From Actinomycetota bacterium (GTDB taxonomy: Bacteria > Actinomycetota > Actinomycetes > Propionibacteriales > Propionibacteriaceae), in contig JAIUOS010000001.1 of the NCBI GenBank assembly GCA_020161755.1, forward strand, positions 186,633 to 210,632: DNA of 24,000 nt, in the 5' to 3' direction. This document shows, one piece after another, positions 19,436 through 24,000 of this stretch. Within the stretch, counting starts at the first letter, position 1. The number at the start of each line of letters is the position of its first letter. Under the pieces are notes generated by a model, which was not told the origin of the DNA, did no database searches, and saw nothing but the letters and a program-made list of their open reading frames with translations. The position numbers and the translations under genes were made by a program.

Positions 19436-20673
19436 CCGATGCCAACCGTCATCCCGACGCCCACCGGGATCCCCGGTTCAACGTGGCGGCGACGACGGGT
19501 TCCCGGCACAGGCCCGGGATGGCGGGGGGAGAAGGAGGTCCCGGCGAAAGCCGGGATCTCCGACTCGGGCTGGTGGTGAACCCGGTCGCCGGCCTCGGTG
19601 GCCCGGCTGGGCTGAAGGGCAGTGACGGCGCCGACACCCAGGAGCTGGCCCGCGTCCGGGGGGCCGAGCCGCACGCGGGCGAGCGGGCGATCCGGTCGCT
19701 GCGCGTCCTGGCCGCCGCCGTCCCGGACGCCGTGGTGCTGACCGCGGGCGGGCCGATGGGGGCGGACGCGGTGACCGCGGCCGGGCTGCGGCCCGAGGTG
19801 GTCTGGACGCCCGACTCGCCCACCACCGACGGCGCCGACACCACCGACGCCACGGCCGCCCTGGTCACCGCCGGCGCCGGCCTGGTGCTGTTCGTCGGCG
19901 GGGACGGCACCGCGCGCGACGTGGTCGCCGGGAACACCGCGGACGGGCTCGTGCTCGGCGTCCCGGCGGGGGTCAAGATGTACTCCTCGTGCTTCGCGGT
20001 CAGCCCCGAGGCCGCCGGTGCGGTCGCCGTCCGCTGGCTGGCCGAGGGCGTGCCGACCCGTGAAGCCGAGGTCCTCGACATCGACGAGGAGGCACTGCGC
20101 ACCGGCCGCACCGAGCCGCGGCTGCACGCACTGGTCCGGGTCCCGACCTGGGCGTCCCGCACCCAGGCCCGCAAGGCGCCCACCCCGGAGTCCGAGGCCG
20201 CCGCCGTGTTCGCGGCCGCCGCCGGGCTGCAGGCCGGCCTCGAGCCGGGGGTGCGCTACCTGCTGGGGCCGGGCGGCACGGTGGCCGAGCTCGGTCGTCA
20301 GCTCGGCCTCGACGTCTCCCTGCTGGGCGTGGACGTGGTGCTCGACGGCGCGCTGCTGGCCAGGGACGCGTCCGAGGCCGAACTGTTCGTTCACGCCACC
20401 GCCGGCCCCGCTCGCGCGGTGGTCACGGTGATCGGCGGCCAGGGCTTCCTGCTCGGCCGGGGCAACCAGCAACTGTCGCCGCGGGTACTGCGCGCGCTGG
20501 CGTCCGAGCCCCTGTTGGTCGTGGCCACGCAGCGCAAGCTGCTCGACCTGGGCGGGCGTCCCCTGCTGGTCGACACCGGCGACCCCGCGCTGGACGCCGC
20601 GCTGGCCGGCCACGTCCGCGTGGTCACCGGGCCGGGCAGCGTCGCGGTGTACCCGATCGCTTCACCACAATGA
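19432..20673 (+). CDS. ATP-NAD kinase family (NAD kinase/DAG kinase fold, AcoX-like) protein
   Basis: GTG at 19432 overlaps the previous stop (GTGA). The ATG at 19519 (MAGGEGGPGESRDLRLGLVVNPVAGLGG...) is an alternative start. Motifs LGLVVNPVAGLGG and FVGGDGTARDV (GGDGT) are typical of the PF01513-type fold. Confidence 0.7.
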   Translation: MTDANRHPDAHRDPRFNVAATTGSRHRPGMAGGEGGPGESRDLRLGLVVNPVAGLGGPAGLKGSDGADTQELARVRGAEPHAGERAIRSLRVLAAAVPDAVVLTAGGPMGADAVTAAGLRPEVVWTPDSPTTDGADTTDATAALVTAGAGLVLFVGGDGTARDVVAGNTADGLVLGVPAGVKMYSSCFAVSPEAAGAVAVRWLAEGVPTREAEVLDIDEEALRTGRTEPRLHALVRVPTWASRTQARKAPTPESEAAAVFAAAAGLQAGLEPGVRYLLGPGGTVAELGRQLGLDVSLLGVDVVLDGALLARDASEAELFVHATAGPARAVVTVIGGQGFLLGRGNQQLSPRVLRALASEPLLVVATQRKLLDLGGRPLLVDTGDPALDAALAGHVRVVTGPGSVAVYPIASPQ

Positions 20674-20696
20674 GTTCGAACACGAAGGAGCAGCAG

Positions 20697-21455
20697 ATGA
20701 GGCTGGCAGGCAAGGCGGCGATCGTCACCGGCGGTGGCGGCGGGATCGGGCGGGCGACCGCGCTGGCGATGGCCGCGGAGGGCGCGAAGGTGGCCGTCGT
20801 CGACATCGACGCGGACGCGGCGACGCGCGTCGCCGACGAGATCACGGCGGCCGGCGGGACGGCGATCGCCGCGCCCGCGGACGTGTCCAGCGAGGCCGAC
20901 ATCAAGGCCGTGGTGGCCGCCGCGGTCGAGGCCTTCGGCACGGTCGACGTGGTGTTCAACAACGCGGGCATCATCCGCCGCACCACCGTGGAGGACATCT
21001 CGGTGGACGAGTGGGACCGGGTGTTCGCGGTCAACGTCCGCTCGATCTACCTGATGTGCCGCGAGGTGGTACCGATCATGGCCGCGCACGGCGGCGGCTC
21101 GATCATCAACACCGGGTCGGGCTGGGGGCTGAAGGGCGGCGGCCGGGCGGTCTCGTACTGCGCGTCCAAGGGCGCCGTGGTGAACCTCACCCGCGCGCTG
21201 GCGATCGACCACGGCCCGCAGGGCATCCGGGTGAACTCGGTGAACCCCGGCGACGTGAACACCGACATGCTCCGCAACGAGGCCAGCCAGCTGCACCAGG
21301 ACGCGCAGAGCTTCCTCGCCGAGGCCGCCGACCGTCCGCTCGGTCGGATGGGTGAGCCGTCGGAGATCGCCGCGGCGGTCGTCTGGCTCGCCAGCGATGA
21401 CGCCAGCTACGTCACCGGCTCCGCGCTCAGCGTGGACGGCGGCGGCAACGCCTGA
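20697..21455 (+). CDS. Short-chain dehydrogenase/reductase (classical SDR)
   Basis: Track ORF 20670..21455 (ATGA overlap at 20670). I prefer the ATG at 20697 (MRLAGKAAIVTGGGGGIG...) because GAAGGAG lies at 20684..20690. Motifs TGGGGGIG, NNAG and YCASK. Confidence 0.85.
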   Translation: MRLAGKAAIVTGGGGGIGRATALAMAAEGAKVAVVDIDADAATRVADEITAAGGTAIAAPADVSSEADIKAVVAAAVEAFGTVDVVFNNAGIIRRTTVEDISVDEWDRVFAVNVRSIYLMCREVVPIMAAHGGGSIINTGSGWGLKGGGRAVSYCASKGAVVNLTRALAIDHGPQGIRVNSVNPGDVNTDMLRNEASQLHQDAQSFLAEAADRPLGRMGEPSEIAAAVVWLASDDASYVTGSALSVDGGGNA

Positions 21456-21512
21456 CGGCAGGTCGTTCGGGACGGTCGGAGCGGGACGGACGGAGCGCGA
21501 GGGGCGCCGGGC

Positions 21513-22526
21513 CTACGTGGCGTCCGGTGGCGCGGTCTCGCCCGAGCCGCGCGGGACGTAGTGGACGCCGATGACGGCGGTCTCGGGCACCCCGGTCGGG
21601 TCCTCGAGTCGCTGGAAGGCGAGCTCGACCGCGCGGCGGCCGAGTTCGGCGGGGTCGTGGGCGATGACCGAGATGCCGAAGGCGTCCGCCATCTCGAAGT
21701 CGTCGAACCCGATCAGGGCCAGCTCGAGCCCGCGTCGGCGCAACTGGCGCACCGCGGCCACCGTCGCCCGGTTGTTGCCGCCCACGATCGCCGTGGGCGG
21801 GTCGTCGGAGTCGAGCAGTTCGGCCACGAGGTCGTCCAGCGACCGCTCGGGGTCATCCGAGGTGCGCTCCCAGCGGGCGGTGTCCTCGACGCCGGCCTCG
21901 GCGAGCGCCTGCCGGTACCCCTTCAGGCGCTCCTGGGTGGTGTGAATGGCCGCCGGGTTCGCCACGAACCCGATGCGCCGGTGGCCGTGGGCGACCAGGG
22001 CGGACGCGGCCTGGTAGCCCCCGTCGGCGTCGGCGAGCAGCACCGTGTCGGCGAGCAGGTTCTGGATCGGACGGTCGACGGCCACGATCACGGTGCCGAG
22101 GTGGCGCTCGCCGTCCAGGTAGGAGTAGTCGCCGCCCAGCGGCACCAGCAGGATCGCCTGGACGCGCTGCGCAACCAGCGTCTCGATGACGTCGCGCTCC
22201 CGGTCGGTGCTGTCGGTGGCCGAGGCGAGGATCATCGTGTACCCGCGTCGTGAGCACTCCTGCTCGATGCCGGCGGCGACCTGGATGTAGAACGGGTTGG
22301 TGAACTCGGCGGTCACGAAACCGATCGTCCGGGTGACGCCGCCGAGCCGCAGGTCCCGGGCCAGCACGTTCGGGGTGAAGCGGAGCCGTTCGGCCGCCTC
22401 GCGCACCCGCGTCCGGGTGTCGTCGCTCACCAGTTCGGGCGAGGAGTAGACGCGCGAGACCGTCTTGGCGCTCACGCCGGCGAGCTTGGCGACATCCGCC
22501 AGCGTCGCCCGGACCAGTGCAGCCAT
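21513..22526 (-). CDS. LacI-family transcriptional regulator
   Basis: Track ORF 21513..22568. ATG at 22526 (MAALVRATLADVAKLAGVSAKTVSRVYS...) is preceded by AGGAGGAGGA. N-terminal HTH followed by a periplasmic-binding-protein-like sugar-binding core. Confidence 0.9.
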   Translation of the reverse strand: MAALVRATLADVAKLAGVSAKTVSRVYSSPELVSDDTRTRVREAAERLRFTPNVLARDLRLGGVTRTIGFVTAEFTNPFYIQVAAGIEQECSRRGYTMILASATDSTDRERDVIETLVAQRVQAILLVPLGGDYSYLDGERHLGTVIVAVDRPIQNLLADTVLLADADGGYQAASALVAHGHRRIGFVANPAAIHTTQERLKGYRQALAEAGVEDTARWERTSDDPERSLDDLVAELLDSDDPPTAIVGGNNRATVAAVRQLRRRGLELALIGFDDFEMADAFGISVIAHDPAELGRRAVELAFQRLEDPTGVPETAVIGVHYVPRGSGETAPPDAT

Positions 22527-22664
22527 CGTCGTCCTCCTCCTGTCCGCGGGCCAGCCTAGCAGGGTCATGACATCGAAGGACAGTCATGCGCCGGGCCGCA
22601 TCCTTGAACGAATTTTGCCATCTATCTTACCTAGTCAGAAAGCTGAAATCGACTTCCTGTGAAC

Positions 22665-22714
22665 TAAAGCGCTTAATGTCAGCGTTGACATTGGATCGGA
22701 CACGGAGCTACCTT
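22665..22714 (+). promoter_or_regulatory. Two LacI-type operator palindromes plus the putative promoter of the downstream SBP gene
   Basis: AATGTCAGCGTTGACATT at 22675..22692 has 7-bp perfect arms and a central CG. TAAAGCGCTTAA at 22665..22676 has the core AAGCGCTT. -35 TTGACA at 22685..22690 lies inside the operator arm, followed by an 18 nt spacer and TACCTT at 22709..22714. Confidence 0.5.
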
Positions 22715-22788
22715 TGCCGCGTCGTGACCCGAGCCCGCAGAGCCTGCCGGCCGGACCAAACAACCCAACTTCGAAGGAGAAGCAGTCG

Positions 22789-24000
22789 ATGGCCAAGAAG
22801 CTCATCGCAGGCGTGGCGGGGCTCCTCGTCCCGCTCCTCGCGCTCACCGGGTGCGGTGCCACCGCGACCCCGAGCAGCGAGCCCAGCACCGCCGAGCAGG
22901 TCTCGGGCACGGTCAAGGTGCTGACCAACCGCACCGACCTGGTGCAGGACGGCACGTTCGACAAGTACGCCGCCGAGTTCAAGAAGCTGTACCCCGACGT
23001 GACCGTGTCGTTCGAGGGCATCACCGACTACGCGGGTCAGGTCGCGATCCGGCTCAACACCAAGGACTACGGCGACGTGCTGGCGATCCCCAGCAGCGTG
23101 AAGGAGTCGCAGCTGTCGACCTTCTTCGAGCCGCTGGGCGCGCAGGCCGACCTGGAGAAGACGTTCCGGTTCACCGCCGAGCACGCCGCGGACGGCCAGG
23201 TCTACGGCCTCGCGACCGGTGGCAACGCCAACGGCGTCGTCTACAACAAGAAGGTCTTCGCCGCGGCCGGCATCACCACGCTGCCGAAGACCCCGGAGGA
23301 GTTCCTCACCGACCTGCAGCTGATCAAGGACAAGACGGACGCGATCCCGCTGTACACCAACTACAAGGACGGCTGGCCGCTGTCGCAGTGGTTCGGCAAC
23401 CTGGGCAGCGCCTCGGGCAGCGCGGACGCGAACACGCTCCTGTCCGACGATGACGCCCCGTGGACGCAGGGCAAGGACATGTACGCCATCGACTCCCTGC
23501 TGTTCGACGCGGTCAACAAGAAGCTGACCGAGGACGACCCGCTCACCACCAACTGGGAGAAGTCGAAGAACCTGATCGGCACCGGCAAGGTCGCCACCAT
23601 GGTCCTCGGCTCCTGGGCGATCTCGCAGATGCAGGCCGCCGCCAAGACCGCCGGCGGCAGCGCCGACGACATCGGCTACATGGCCTTCCCGGTGACCGCG
23701 GCCGACGGCAAGCAGTACGCGGTCGACGGTGGCGACTACGCCTTCGCGGTGAACGTCAACTCCTCGGTGAAGCCGGCGGCGAAGGCCTTCGTCAATTGGT
23801 TCGTGACCAAGTCCGGCTACGCGGCCGACCAGGGCATGATCTCGGCCGACCGGAGCGTCGCACTGCCGTCCAACCTCAAGGACCTGACCGACAACAACGT
23901 CGAGCTCCTCGAACTGGCCCAGAACCCGACCCGCGACGAGCTCATCAACGAGTCGCAGATCGACCTGACCGGCAACACCTACCGGCAGAAGCTGGTCGAC
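22789..24000 (+). CDS. ABC transporter substrate-binding lipoprotein (carbohydrate), 3'-truncated by window edge
   Basis: Absent from the ORF track because it has no stop within the window. ATG at 22789 is preceded by GAAGGAGA (22773..22780). My translation is MAKKLIAGVAGLLVPLLALTGCGATATPSSEPSTAEQVSGTVKVLTNRTDLVQDGTFDKYAAEFKKLYPDVTVSFEG..., open to nt 24000. It has a lipobox LTGC and strong GC3 codon bias. Confidence 0.8.
   Translation, partial: MAKKLIAGVAGLLVPLLALTGCGATATPSSEPSTAEQVSGTVKVLTNRTDLVQDGTFDKYAAEFKKLYPDVTVSFEGITDYAGQVAIRLNTKDYGDVLAIPSSVKESQLSTFFEPLGAQADLEKTFRFTAEHAADGQVYGLATGGNANGVVYNKKVFAAAGITTLPKTPEEFLTDLQLIKDKTDAIPLYTNYKDGWPLSQWFGNLGSASGSADANTLLSDDDAPWTQGKDMYAIDSLLFDAVNKKLTEDDPLTTNWEKSKNLIGTGKVATMVLGSWAISQMQAAAKTAGGSADDIGYMAFPVTAADGKQYAVDGGDYAFAVNVNSSVKPAAKAFVNWFVTKSGYAADQGMISADRSVALPSNLKDLTDNNVELLELAQNPTRDELINESQIDLTGNTYRQKLVD

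Noticed and set aside
19531-19555. SD-like GAAGGAGG (19531..19538) followed by a CCCGGC-GAAA-GCCGGG tetraloop hairpin (19540..19555), possibly a translation start or regulatory element for the kinase-fold gene.
   Set aside because: No in-frame ATG or GTG lies at a suitable distance downstream. The next GTG, at 19573, would delete the conserved RLGLVVNP N-terminus. The segment is in frame and codes for GEGGPGESRD, so it is most likely coincidental. The real start ambiguity is between 19432 and 19519.
21456-21512. Terminator or sRNA in the convergent SDR/LacI gap (repeated GGGACGG and GGACGGA motifs).
   Set aside because: I could find no convincing stem-loop or promoter. The repeats are short and typical of GC-rich spacer DNA.

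Overview
High-GC, actinobacterial-type chromosomal segment with tightly packed genes, many joined by ATGA or GTGA start/stop overlaps. It reads as a glycoside-utilisation island. There are four CUT1-type ABC sugar importers, each with a solute-binding lipoprotein and two permeases and none with an ATPase gene. Two of them are cut by the window edges. The hydrolases are a GH2 beta-galactosidase translationally coupled to an EbgC-like small subunit, and a GH63/MGH1-like (alpha/alpha)6 glycosidase. The regulators are one GntR (FadR/FCD-type) and one LacI.

Three things go beyond routine annotation.

1. A 15-bp palindrome, TGTATTCAG(A/T)AT.C, occurs only in four promoter regions. It ties one importer operon, the ebgAC-like pair together with the divergent GntR gene, the second importer/GH63 operon, and a downstream four-gene operon into one putative GntR regulon.

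2. That four-gene operon encodes a split glycine-cleavage P-protein-like pair (GcvPA/GcvPB-like), an ATP-NAD-kinase-fold protein and an SDR. No gcvT or gcvH is present in the window. I consider it the best candidate for an undescribed PLP-dependent catabolic module acting on a glycoside-derived product.

3. A gene for an AbiEi-like wHTH fused to a DUF559/Vsr-like nuclease sits between the GntR gene and its target operon. It is bracketed by 77-bp direct repeats (74/77 identical), each a two-tier hairpin. Four phased GACAACACC iterons lie upstream of it, and C-rich and G-rich tandem repeats lie beside the left-hand (5952..6028) copy of the 77-bp repeat. This looks like an inserted or duplicated cassette without any transposase.

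I recognised no rRNA, tRNA, CRISPR array or transposase. Many long antisense or out-of-frame ORFs in the track are high-GC artefacts.
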